Shown here piece by piece: positions 37,989 to 51,112 of a stretch of 64,000 nucleotides of DNA. Position 1 is the stretch's first letter; every line of letters starts with the position of its first letter. Origin of the DNA: Rhizophagus irregularis (Eukaryota); the NCBI RefSeq assembly GCF_026210795.1, contig NC_089434.1:744001-808000 (forward strand), given 5' to 3'. The position numbers were made by a program, and so were the translations under genes. The notes beneath the pieces were generated by a model, which made no database searches, was not told the origin of the DNA, and was given only the letters and a program-made list of their open reading frames with translations.

Positions 37989-40152
37989 ATGTCCACTCTT
38001 CGAAAGGGGTTAATTGCTGCAACAATTAATAGAGCAACAACATTAACAGATACCAATATTTACGATGATATACACAAACAATTTGAATTTCAAAAACAAA
38101 CAACCCTTGCTGATAAAATTCTTACAAATGATGAAAAAACTTATGCAATAAGATGGTTAACTAAAAATTATGATCGAGAGAAAGTACTTTTTAATTCAGG
38201 AACAACAAGAATTTGTGAAAATTGTAACCAAGAATGTTTAGCCACATTATATTGTGAATATTGTGTCCGAAATTATTTAAAAGAAAATTTTTTAAATTGG
38301 ACATCTAAAAATGATGATATTGATGATTTAATACAGAAATGTCAATTGGAAACAACTAGACCAAATGTAATAGTTGAATGGATACCATATAGTAATTTAG
38401 AAAATATTAAATATTTAACAAAAGGTGGATTCTCAGAAATTTATACAGCAGATTGGATTAATGGAGTGTATGAAGAATGGGATTCTGAAAAAAAACAATT
38501 AAAAAGATTTGGAAATCATGAAGTAATATTAAAAAAATTAGAAAATGTTGAAAGTGCAAATCAAAATTGGTTTGAAGAGGTTTGTATTCTATATTTCATA
38601 AAATTGTTGTAATTTTTTGTATTAGCACTAGTATTTTTTACAAATTATTATCTTTTAGGCTAAATCACATTTAACCATAAGTAATAAATGGGCAGATGTT
38701 GTTCGGTGTTATGGTTTAACACAAAATCCATCAAATGGAAATTATTTTCTCATAATGATGAAAATGAATATAGATTTAAGAAAATATTTACAACAAAATC
38801 ATAATCAACTTATATGGAAAAAGAGAATTAATATTACTTATGAAATAATTCGTGCACTTTATTATATTCATAAAGAGAAAGCAATTCATAGAGATTTAAA
38901 TTCCGGAAATATATTATATTCACAATTAAATAATTATTGGTGTATCAGTGATCTTGGATTTTGTGGACCTGCTGATAAATCTTCAACAAGTATATATGGA
39001 AATCTTCCTTACATAGCACCCGAAGTTATTGTTGGAAGAAAATATACTTTTGCATCTGATATTTATAGTATTGCAATTCTTATGTGGGAAATTTCATCTG
39101 GACAACCACCATTTATAAATTATGAACATGAAAATGATATTGTAATGAATATTATTAATGGTATAAGACCAAAAATTGTGCCAGGAACTCCATTAGAATA
39201 TAAAAATTTAATGAAACAATGTTGGGATGCTGATCCATTAAAAAGACCTGACATTAATGCACTTGAGTACAAAATGAGAAAAATCAATTTAGATTATCAA
39301 AATATGTCAGATGAATTATTCAAATCAGAAATGAATAATTTAGGAATGAATGAAGTAGAAGAAAATTGTACTAGTAGCAGATTATTTACAAGTAAAATTC
39401 ATAACTTTGGAAATTTACCCGAACCAAGAAATGCAACAGAAGGTATAAGTGTATAATATTTTATTAATGAATATATTTATTTTAAAATACATTATTAATA
39501 TTATTTTTTTTTGAATTTATATTATAATAGAAGAACAAGAAGGTATAACCGTATAAACAATAATTTCTACCGTTTTTTGGTTACTAAAATAATTTAACTT
39601 TTAAAATACTTTATTTTACTGCTAATAGGGTTTCATAGTAAATTGTATGATTTTAACATTCCTAACAATAGTAAGTAGTTAATGATTTTAATGGATTAAA
39701 TAAGCATAGTTTGAAATAATAATAGATTAAATATTAAAATCTATTTCTATGTTCTTAATTTTAGGTGATAGTGAAAAATTACCCGAAGAATTTATAAAGT
39801 TACAAATAAATTCAAATGGTAAGTTAAATTACTAACAAATAAAATCATCATCTTATCAAATTTATTTATTAAACGCGACTTTATTTAAAATTTAGATGAT
39901 GAAAAGGAAATAACTCAACAACATGTTGATAGTAGGTGAAAATTTTTACGTAATAACAAACAATTTTTATACTATTTTAATTATGTTTATTTTCTTATAG
40001 ATGATGACGAAGTATATAATAATCCAAATCTTCATTCAAAAGAACAAGATGAACTGAAAATTCCTGATGGTAAGTTCTTAAATAAATTATATTTCTTTTT
40101 AAAGCAAATAATTAATTATAATTTGTTATTTTTTAACTTAGATGGATTTTGA
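37989..40152 (+). CDS. TKL-type protein kinase, intact (~532 aa)
   Basis: Exons 37989-38579, 38659-39442, 39531-39542, 39629-39670, 39765-39818, 39896-39931, 40001-40069, 40142-40152 give an open frame ending NNPNLHSKEQDELKIPDDGF*; catalytic loop HRDLNSGN. Confidence 0.93.
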
Positions 40153-40215
40153 ATTATTTAACAATGTGTTTCTTTATATTTTAAATTATTATCATTTATT
40201 TATTTATTTTATCTT

Positions 40216-40286
40216 GGATTATTTAAACACTAAGACTAGAGTAGTAAATGTTTTACAAAATTCTTAGTTTGTAATTTAAATAATTT
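40216..40286 (+). promoter_or_regulatory. Conserved structured 3' UTR hairpin, copy d
   Basis: ATTATTTAAA/TTTAAATAAT, ACTAAGA/TCTTAGT and GTAAA/TTTAC; starts 64 nt after the stop codon. Confidence 0.65.
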
Positions 40287-40715
40287 TAATAAATTTATTC
40301 AAACTATTAAATACTACCGTATATTTATTTATTTAAGTATCTTAATGTAAATTTATGTCATAAACATTGTAAAATCATGACAGATTATTCTATTCGTTAT
40401 AGATGAATTTATTAAAACAAGTTGAAAGAATAATCTTTAACCTCATGAAAGTATGACAAGAAGCGACGTAAATATTATGCACACGTTCCATATTGAAAAA
40501 TTTATTTTTATTTATAATAAATAGCAAATTTTTCACAATAACACCCAGTTATTGATGGTATGCAAAACAATTTACATAACAAGTAACGAAACATTTTTTT
40601 TTTATGAAAATCACAATAATCACAATATTTGATCGGAATTAAGAATTTTTTCAAAATCATTTAGATACCGAAAAATTACTTCAACACTAAGATTAGAATA
40701 ATAAGATTTCATATA

Positions 40716-40849
40716 CTGTATTTGCCCAAAAATAAGCAATCACCGAAAATAAGCAACATGGCCCGCATTATAACAAATTTTGGCCCACATTATCAAAACT
40801 TGGCCGGCATTATGTGCGAAACTTGTTGCTTATTTTCGGGCAAATACGT
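40716..40849. mobile_element. 134-bp Tc1/mariner-pogo-like MITE
   Basis: TIR CTGTATTTGCCCAAAAATAAGCAA / TTGCTTATTTTCGGGCAAATACGT; TA flanks; three internal TGGCCVRCATTAT copies. Confidence 0.85.
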
Positions 40850-42274
40850 TATAAAATTTCTTAGCTTATAATTTGTTATCTGGTAAATTTCATCATATTA
40901 TTAAATATATAGCATAGCTTTCAACCTTTTCTTTTTTTTATAAATAAATTTTTAATGAATTAATATACTAGTATTCAAATTATTCGAATTTTTCAATGTT
41001 GATTTTGATTCTTCTATTATATTAAGTAAAAAAATATTAATATTTCGATGATAGTATAAATTAAAAGTTTGTTAGCTAAAATTTAGATTCAAGTATTCAA
41101 TAAATTTTTTTTTCAAAAAAAAAAAAAAAAAAAAAAAAAAATCAACGTTAATAAACAATACTTTTAAATTACAAACGTTCTTTAATCTCATTGCAAATTA
41201 AACAAAATTTATTCGCGATATTAGACTTTTAACTACAGTAAAGTTAATTTTAAAATTTATAATTAAAAATTGTTGTTGATAATAATCTTACACATGGTAA
41301 TAAAATTTACTAGTAAAAATTAGTTGATAGGAATAAATCGTGAAGATCTTGACAGAAATCGTCGTACTTGAAAAATATGCAAATAAAAAAATTTTTCAAT
41401 TCATAAAATCTAATCAAAATTTTTTATTATCTTTTAGAAAAATCAAATATTATGATTTTATTTACAGGTTATCTATAAATTAACCCAAAAAAAATAAGAC
41501 GTAAAAAAGTCACAAATCCTTTAACTGCTTAGTTAAAGTTTCAAATCAGTTAAATATTTTACCTTTAAACAATTAAAAACTTCGATACATTAAAAGTTAA
41601 AGCCATACTATATCCATTCATCGAAGACTTAATATCATATTTTATCATACAGTTTTTTACTTAACATTGAAGTGAATAATATCAAATATTTTGTATTGTA
41701 ATAATTAAAATTATTTTGATTTATTGAAAAAAAGGAAAATTGAAGATTATCAGCTCAGCAAATAAAAATTATGATAATATTGTTAGTAATTCACGAAGAT
41801 ATTCGAAATGTAAATATGATTCATATTTGAAATTTTTTTGGAAATGGCACGTGATCTTGAATGATTTCCCATAAAAATGTGACCAAGTAAACCTTCCCAT
41901 AAAACATCTGTAAAATGTTGAACTCTTTCTTCTAAAAAAATTGAATTGACAAATTTTATATTCTAGAATTTTTTACAAACGTTACAAATAGACAAAATTC
42001 AGTATTTGTCATAGAAAATCTTTCAATTTTGAAAGTTTAATTTCAAAAGTTAACAAAATATACCTAAGTTAAATATCGAAAATTTTGCACGGTTTTATTT
42101 TTTTATTTTCCAATTTCGTACGTTTTACATAAATTATAACCTAATGATGCTGTGCTACATAGAATTTAGGTTTGTTGTAGCATGTGATACAAATTTGTTG
42201 ATCAAAAGGCGGCGGTACATGAAATTCCGTTCTGAAACCTTTCTTTCCAACAAAATTAAAAGAAATATTTTGTT

Positions 42275-45009
42275 ATGTCTGTTATACGAAAGGAACTAAT
42301 TAATGTTGCAATTAATAGAGCGATCGCATTAATAGATTATAATATTCATAATGATATAGACAAACAACATGAATTTATACAACAAACAGTTCTTGCTGAT
42401 AAATCTTTTACAAATGATGAAATAACTGAAGTAATAAGAAGAATAAATAAAATTATTGATAGAAATAAAGTTCTTCTTAATAAAGGGACAAGAAGAATTT
42501 GTGAAAATTGTAACCAAGTACGTTTAGCTATATCATATTGTGAATATTGTGTTCGAAATTATTTAAAATTAAATTTTTTAAATTGGACATCTGGAAATAA
42601 TGTTATTGATAATTTAATACAAAAATGTCAAATGGAAACATTTGAACCAGAAAAAATAGTTGAATGGATTCCATATGATAATTTGCAAAACATTAAATAT
42701 CTAACAAAAGGTGGATTCTCGGAAATTTATACAGCAGTTTGGAATGATGGAAGATATTATGAATGGGATTCTACGAAGCAACAATTAACAAGATTTGGAA
42801 TTCATGATATAGTACTTAGAAGATTAGAAAATGTTGGAAGTGCAGATCAAAGTTGGTTTGAGGAGGTTTGTAACTATTGAATCAGATAATTATCTTATTA
42901 GCAATAAATTAACTAATATATTTTTTTTTTATAGGCAAAATCACATCTTACTATAAGTAATAAATCTCCTGATATTGTCAATTGTTATGGTTTAACGCAA
43001 GATCCATCAAATGGGAATTACATGCTTGTAATGAGTATAATGGATTTAAATTTAAGAGAATATTTACAGCAAAACTATAATAAACTTACATGGAAAAGTA
43101 GCTTTCAATTTGCTTATGACATAGCTACTGCACTCAAAGATATTCATGAAGAAAATGCAATCCATAGAGATTTACATTCGGGAAATATATTATTCGATAA
43201 AATTGATCAAAGATTATTTATTAGTGATCTTGGATTTTGTGGTCCTGCAGACAAATCACAAAATAGTATATATGGAAACCTTCCTTATATAGCACCTGAG
43301 GTTATTTCTGGAAAACATGCGACAAAGGCATCTGATATTTACAGTATTGCAATGCTTATGTGGGAAATTTCATCTGGAAAACCACCTTTTAATAATTATG
43401 AACATGATTATTATCTTGCAATGAATATTATTAATGGTATAAGACCAAGAATAGTATCAGGAACTCCGTTAGAATACAAAAAATTAATGAAACAATGTTG
43501 GGATGCTGATACATTAAAAAGACCTGACATTAAAACGCTTCAGAAAAAAATAAATGAAATTCATAAAAAATATCTGAATATGCCAAATGAATTAGAAGAA
43601 AATAACTATTTAGAAATAAATAAAACAAACAGCTTAGAAAAGCAAAAGAAACTTGCAGCTTATTATTTACAAGTAGCAAAATTCATAATTTTGAAAATTT
43701 TCTTGAACCAAGAAATGCAACAGAAGGTATATTATCACATATTGGATACTATTTCAATTACTAATAATTAATATAATATATTTTTATTTTTATTTTCATT
43801 TAAAAATAACAGAAGAACAAGAAGGTATATATAATTGAACAATTTTTTATATCAAATCAATTTTCATATAAATCTTATATATTGTTAACTATTTTTATAA
43901 ATTTTTAGCATTTCATAGCAAATCATATGATGATTTATATATCCCTGATAGCAGTAAGTAATTATTAAATTTGAATTTGTAATAAATTTTTATAGTAGAG
44001 TAGAGGTTGGAACCGGTCCCAAAAGTCTTAACCGGTTAATAACCAGTTAACCAAACCTTTAACCGGCTAATTAACCGTTAAAACTCAATCCTAATCAGCA
44101 TTAAAATTCGGCCAGGATTAGCATCAAATATATTTTTAATCCCGGCCAAAATTAGGCTAGACCAAAACTCTAACTAAACGAAACTCTAGCTGAAAGACGA
44201 AATTCAGGCCAAAATTGTCCGGCCGGCACTATGAATTTCGGCCCGCATTATGAATTTTAGTTAACACAAAAAATTCCACCACCTGGTCTTACCTGATGCC
44301 TGATTATCCGAAGTCCCGTGATTTATAATTCTGGCCGGCACTGTAAACTTGGCCAGAATGACAAATATTTTCAGCATTTTAACCGGTTAAGCTTAACCGG
44401 TTCCAACCTCTTATAGTAGAGCTTTTTAATTAATTTTATTTTGCTTTTTTTTAGTTAATGATTTTGCCAAATCAAGTAGTAACAGTATGTCAAAAAAAAT
44501 AAGCAATATTTTTAAAGGTAATTATTAAATTTATTTTTTAAATTACTATAAATATTAGTGAAAAGATATTAATTACATATTCAAAAATTTATTATAGTTA
44601 ATAGTCAAAAATTTTCCAAAATGTTTAAAAAATTGCAAGTAAAAAATGGTGAGCAATACTTAATATATTAATGATGCTTTGTTAAATATGGTTTCTTAAA
44701 TTATTTATTTAGATTCTCAAGAAGATTATAATAATAAAGAAATAATGAAACATCATTCTTGTATTGATGGTATATGAAATTGGCTTTTATATATGTAACA
44801 TAACAGCAGATAATACATGTACTAATTTTATGTTCTTATTTTACAAGATGAAGACGAAGTACATAATAATCCGAATCTTCATTCAGAAGAACAAGACGAA
44901 TTAGAAATTCCTGATGGTAAAGAAAAATTTTCTAAATGATGATATTTTAGATATTATTTATCCTTAAATCTAATTTGTTAATTTTTTTTTCAATTTTTTA
45001 GATATTTAG
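42275..45009 (+). CDS. TKL-type protein kinase with a frameshift (~43640) after the kinase domain
   Basis: Exons 42275-42865, 42935-43726, 43813-43824, 43909-43953, 44455-44517, 44598-44648, 44713-44769, 44848-44916, 45002-45009. Tail exons are intact in the ancestral frame (..NNPNLHSEEQDELEIPDDI*), but exon 2 is 792 nt (3n, where paralogs are 3n+1). Confidence 0.88.
44001..44413. mobile_element. Non-autonomous hAT element in a kinase intron
   Basis: TIR TAGAGGTTGGAACCGG / CCGGTTCCAACCTCT(T)A; TSD TAGTAGAG at 43993-44000 and 44414-44421; TTAACCGGTTAA subterminal repeats. Confidence 0.9.
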
Positions 45010-45081
45010 ATGCGAATTATATAAAATTTTTTATGATTGATATTTAAAGTATACTTTATATTTATTATTTTTTTTAAAAAA

Positions 45082-45154
45082 AATTATTTTAAACACCAAG
45101 ACTAGAGTAGTAAGTTATCTTACAAAAGCTTCTTAGTTTGTAATTTTAATAATT
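45082..45154 (+). promoter_or_regulatory. Conserved structured 3' UTR hairpin, copy f
   Basis: ACCAAGA/TCTTAGT (1 mismatch), GTAAG/CTTAC and the TTGTAA bulge; starts 73 nt after the ancestral stop. Confidence 0.6.
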
Positions 45155-47009
45155 CATTTCATATTTATATTATAAATTATTCTAAATTATCGAGTTTTGT
45201 TTTATAATTAACTTAATTATGAAATCAAATTAACGATTTAAATGGATTTATGTTTATAAAACCAAAGTAATGAGAATGAAGCGTAAATAACAGTGACGTC
45301 AATTATCGTATAATTAATTATTCACTAATCACTATAAATTACATCAAAAATTCTAAATTTTTTCATCATTATCACAGATGTAGTATAAACTATAAGTTGT
45401 TAGGTTAAATATTTTAGACGTTCTATATAATCATTAATCTTTTCGATACTACCTTTTATTTAGTACATCTTTTTTAATGGATGATCTTATCAGGATAAAG
45501 TTTGAAAGCGTTCTCAAAATTATTTCTAAGAATATAAGAGAACAAGATTATCAATTTTACCAACAATTAAACAACTATATTAAATTATTTTCAATAAAAT
45601 AATATTATATAAAATTAAATATTCTAATTTTATTCTACAATTTAATATAATAATTGTAATAGTAATCAAAAGATAATTATAAAAAAAAATTGTTTAATTC
45701 ATATGAGTTATATGCTAAATTATTTAAACTGCCTAATAAATTCTATACAATCTATTTTAACGGAGTATTACTTATAATACGAGGTTTTAAACAAAAGTAT
45801 TTAAATTAAAAATGGTTAAAAAATCTCTTTTTTTTCTTTACTAAGATAAAGTGTATGTATGAGAAACCTCTTTAATAAGTATTTAAGTGATAAAGGAGGT
45901 TCTTGTTTCTAATATTAATACCAAGCACAGATTACGATTGTCGGCAAGGTTAATACTTAATATTGTAATTAACAAGTCAAATTTAATAAGCAATTTAATA
46001 TAATGAACGTAACTATTTATATAAATTCGAAAAATCAAGTTAAACCATAATTATTATTTGGTTACAAATTGTCCAACTTACCAAGAAAAAATCCCTGTGA
46101 CGTCATAGTGAATAACAGCTCCAATAGCTACCTAAAGGAAAAACTAAAACAATTGCATGATATAACAAGTATTTGTTTAGGCTGTGCTATATAAGATAAA
46201 TTTTATGATTGATTGATTAATTAAAAGACTTTGTTAAGTCTATAATCAGAAATTATTATATATATATATTATATCAACATTAATTATAGAGTAACATGCA
46301 AACTTTTTTTTTTACATAAATAAAATCAGTTTGTAATGAATTGAACAAATAAATGTTATGTTTAAATGAATAACTCAAATTGATATAGTAAATTGATAAT
46401 AACTTTAACAGAATAATATTTTGTGCAAGAAAAATTATTTCTTATGCTGACCGATTATTTGCAATAAGCCATATTACTTCTAATACATAAAAAAATATAT
46501 ACAGAATAACGAAAAAATGAATATATGTGTATATATATATTATTTTGAGGGAACATCCAATCAATTATATTACGCGTGACCAATTAAACAGGAAATTCTC
46601 GATCATCGATCAAATCATTTTTTGAACCTAATCAAAAAAAAAATTCCGATATATATTGAATTCTACTATAATCAGTTACTTTTTAAAAGAATAATTATAT
46701 TTTACGTCAAAAGCCGTATGAATTTACGCCAATAACGTAAACAACGAGACATCACTTAAAATTTATTAAATCCGTTAAATTTCATTATTAAAGTTATTAA
46801 AATTTGTTAAAATTTATTAAATTTCGGTAATTCTTGAGAGTCAAATATGTAATTTTTTCTTATAAAGTTTCAATAGTTTATTTTCTGCTCAGTTGACTCG
46901 TGATTCAACGGATTAACGAATTAAATTTACTATAGCCCTATAACTATAACTTTTCTAAAATTATTAATAAATTCCAGGCAAATATGGCCAGAATACAGTT
47001 AAAGGGTTA

Positions 47010-47126
47010 ACTTAATTATTTTTAAGTCTAATAATTAATTCATTATCGTGATTTACAGGGTTATTAAGTCCATAAGTCACGTTATAATGAATCAATGAGG
47101 AAAATTAGACTTAAAAATAATTAAGT
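47010..47126. repeat. Palindromic (foldback/MITE-like) element
   Basis: Perfect 23-bp arms ACTTAATTATTTTTAAGTCTAAT / ATTAGACTTAAAAATAATTAAGT, plus inner partial arms. Confidence 0.75.
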
Positions 47127-47354
47127 CCGCCGAATTAATGTAAATCACGTTAATGAATTAAAATAATTAGGTCCACCGATCAATGCAACTTACAAATTAT
47201 GGTATGATTTATAATAATCTTTGGCCCTTTTTTTCAAAAAAGAAATAAAGTATATAAACCCATCCTAAAATTACAAATTTGAAGATATTATGAACATTTT
47301 TTGTTCACAAAAAAAAAAGAAAAAGAAAAAATAATTTCTTGACTATTAACAACA

Positions 47355-48931
47355 ATGACATTCACGTCAATAGTTTTAGAGATAAACTATCGATGTATTA
47401 ATTCTCCTATATATATTAAGATATTATTACAAATATTTTACACGTAAATCTCGGATTCCTGGTCCATTTCCACTTCCAATAATTGGTAATTTACATCAAA
47501 TAGGATTAAATCCAGAACAATATGCAAAGGATAATCATAAAATATATGGTGATATGTTTGAAGTTTGGGTTGGAGTAAAAGAACCGTTATTCTTTATCAT
47601 CCTTCGTTACTCGATCAAGTTTATGTTACAAACTCACAAACTAAATTTTTTCCAAGAGGTGCAGTCAAACATGTTAAATTAAATGGATTACATCATAGAA
47701 GCGAGAAAAATTGTTATGCAATCAATAAGTTCTCACAGATTTCTTAAAGACTTCACCCAACTTGTACAATCATTATTTAATGAGAATGAAAGTTATTGAG
47801 ACAAAAAAGAATATCAAATTGATTTTGTTGAATGGATGAAATGTTTCGCGACTAATATTATCTTATAAACTGTTACTCGCAAACCTTCTTATTGTCTTAA
47901 TACGTACTTGTTCGGTGAAAATCAAGATGTTCCGATTAGACTTGAAGAAATCAAAAGATCCTTTAAATTTACTAAAGCCTCAGAAACATTTTTTTCGAAC
48001 ATGCTTTTTCAAGCTTTCATTCCTGAAATATTTAAAAATTATGTTCCAGGATATTACATTTGAACAAAAATACAAAGAGAACTCTGATTGGTTAAATCAA
48101 ACTATGCTTGGCTTTATCAGTAAGAGAAGAAATGAGATTAATAATAATATACAAAGTGATGGAAAGATTTGTTCAAATTTGTTGGATATTTTATTGACAT
48201 TAAACACTCCACTCGATCCTAACTATGATGGAAGCGAAGCTCCATTAACTTATCAAGAAGTTTGTTCCACCATTACGGAAGTTAGTGTAGGCGGTACAGA
48301 TACGATAAGTTTTATATTTTAAATTATTAAAATATAATATTTTCATTTAAATAACTGATAATTTATTTAATACTATATTAGACTAGAAATATGATCTGTT
48401 ACACAATCTGGTTATTAGCTAAACATCCTAAAGTTGTTACACATTTTCGAAAGGAAATAAGCGAAATTTTGGTGATGATATATCACGACAAATAAGTTAT
48501 GAAGATTTGGAAAATTTTACATACCTTGACGCAATTATAAAAGAATCTGCACGAGTATACGCAGTTGTACCATTATCATCACATGTTTCAACACAAGTAA
48601 GTATTGTTGGAGGAAACCATTTGGAAGCTAATACAAATATCTTTGTTGAACATGAAATAAATTACCTGAATTTTAGGAAACCCCTGATGAATTCATTCCA
48701 GAAAGATTTTTAAATAATGAAATTGCTAAGAATGCTTTTATACCTTTTGGAGGTGGCGAGAATTTGCCCAGGAAAGAATATGTCTAATGTACAAAAAAAA
48801 CCTTGTTAATTTTGTTGTTTAGAAAATATGATGTTGAATTGGTTGATAAAGTATCGGAAAAACCTAACTTTAAATATTCATTTTTTTATCAGTACATTGA
48901 TATGAAAGTTGTTGTACGTCCTAGATGTTAA
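47355..48931 (+). pseudogene. Cytochrome P450 pseudogene
   Basis: IPGPFPLPIIGNLHQIG, GGTDT (I-helix), IKESARV (ExxR), PERF and frameshifted FIPFGGG/RICPG (heme motif); premature stops, several frameshifts, and a donor mutated to ATAAGT at 48305. Confidence 0.92.
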
Positions 48932-51112
48932 CAAATTATGTGATATATTTTTAAACTGATGTTAAATTTTATTCTTTTTATTATATCCCGCCATACCTAA
49001 ACATGTTAGAATCTGGTATGATGTTATTTTATACATTAATAAAATTTTGTTTTTTAAATAAATTTCTTTTACGTGATAAAATATATTTTGTTAAATTCAT
49101 GAGTAATAAATTTTATTAACACGATAAAAATAGTTTTTGGACATGAAATATCATGGAATAAAACTATTTCTTAAAAAAATTAATTTATTTGACTTTACTG
49201 TAGATTACATATTAGGCCAAATTTACTTTATTGGCCGGAATTGATAATGTCACATTGTCACATGCAGCTATTTCTATTGGCTGCTGACACCGCCTTTAAA
49301 ATAAATGATCCTGCGGTTAAATCATTGAAAATCACGTTTTAATGTAATGAACAAAAGTAGGTGATTGGGCTAGACATTCATAGAACGCTTTGAACTTATT
49401 AGTTTTATAATTTCAAAATTTGGCATTTCTTAATACAATGTATAGTTATTTATTGTTATTGTTTATAACAATAAATGTTCAGTCATAACTTCTGTTTCTA
49501 ATTTCAAGTTATTATGAACGCCCTGTCAAGGACTAAGGCAACTTGTCATGTGTACATATTAAATCAATAAACGTATTTTTTTTAGAAATTCCATGAGGAT
49601 ATCCCAATGTGTAAAGAGATGATGGCAAATGACCGACCATTTGAATGACCTTTTGAATGACCTGTCATTTGTCATTTTTAAATCATTTATAAATTTAACC
49701 TTTTTAATCCTAATATAAAGTATGTAAAGTTTAAAAATAGTCAAAATTATGGATAAAAAAAATTAAGAAAAATTAAAAATGGCACAATAATTTTGGCAAG
49801 ATCACATGACAATTTCTGGCTTTGCTATGAATCGATCACGAGATGAAATTAATACAATAAAATCCAAATGATGATACTAAAAGATCTCGAATAACTGTAA
49901 TTATGCATTTTGTTTTTTATTTAATAAAAAAAAATCTTAAATAATCATTTATTATTAATTTTAAGAAAAAATTCTCATATTTAAATAAAAAAAAAGTAAT
50001 CTGTTTTATTGTGCTTTTTTTAATTGTTTAGAATATTGAAAAAAAATCTTTCATAACGTTATATTGATCATTTTAGTATGATTTCTGACGAAAAAAGATC
50101 GAACAATTACAATTATGTCTTTTGTTTTTATTCAAATAAATAATACCTATCTTATATAAGAGTCGTAGTATTTTAAACAATTAGTAAGATGTAATATCCA
50201 ATCTATAATAAATTTAGATGCTTGAGAAATTATAAATCATTAATAATTAAATAATAACATACCGTTCATCGTTTTGTTTGTTAATAATGTAAAATATATG
50301 TAAATGTCATTTAATTTGATTCTGATTCTTCTATTATATATTTTTCTTTTTTTTTTTAAAAAAAAAACGTTAACTTCTGGTAAAAGTAAAATAAATATTT
50401 ATGAATTGTGCTTAAGTATAAAATACATAATATTTATAAATTTTTTAATATTAAGAATCAATTAAGTTTATTAAATTTTAACTACCGAATTTTGTTTTAA
50501 TTAAAGTCACAACATAAAGATATTTAATTATAACAAAGTTATTAATTATTCCCTCCAAGTGTTATCACCAATTTACGTTAAATAGAGTGATAACAAAAAT
50601 AAAAATAATTTACGATTAAAAAAGGTATTTGTATCACGTTAAAAATGATGAACAATTTTATTACAGGTGCGTTGGTATCTACTCACTCGGCTCTATAGTA
50701 AATCCTAATACTATTCAAGACACTTTAAGAAAGTTATCAATTAAATTGAAAAACTTTTTAACCCCTAAAAATCCTGAAAAAAACTTGCCTTCCTCCCTCT
50801 TCAATTTTGAGGGATATTTATAATGTGATTAAGCGTCAAATTTAACCATGGATCAACTTGTAACTTTCTTTGTCGGTAGATCAATTTGTCTAACCATCAT
50901 CAAATTAAGATGCTAAAATAATACAATAAAAAAAAAAATATCAAAATAGCCAAATCTAATGAAGATCAAATCACTACAGTTACTGCGACTTCGTAACTGC
51001 ACATCCAATCCATGTGATCAGATGATGGTCACAACTTCCAAATATAAAAATAAAGTTACGAATCAGACTGCTTATATTTTTTTTTTCTTTTGAAATACAA
51101 AATACGATTATA

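Noticed and set aside
41115..41141. Long poly(A) run as a retrocopy tail
   Set aside because: Preceded by a T-run, with no TSD or processed gene; likely a simple homopolymer.
46990..47010. AAAGGG-TTAA as a piggyBac right end
   Set aside because: No matching TTAA-CCCT left end found nearby.
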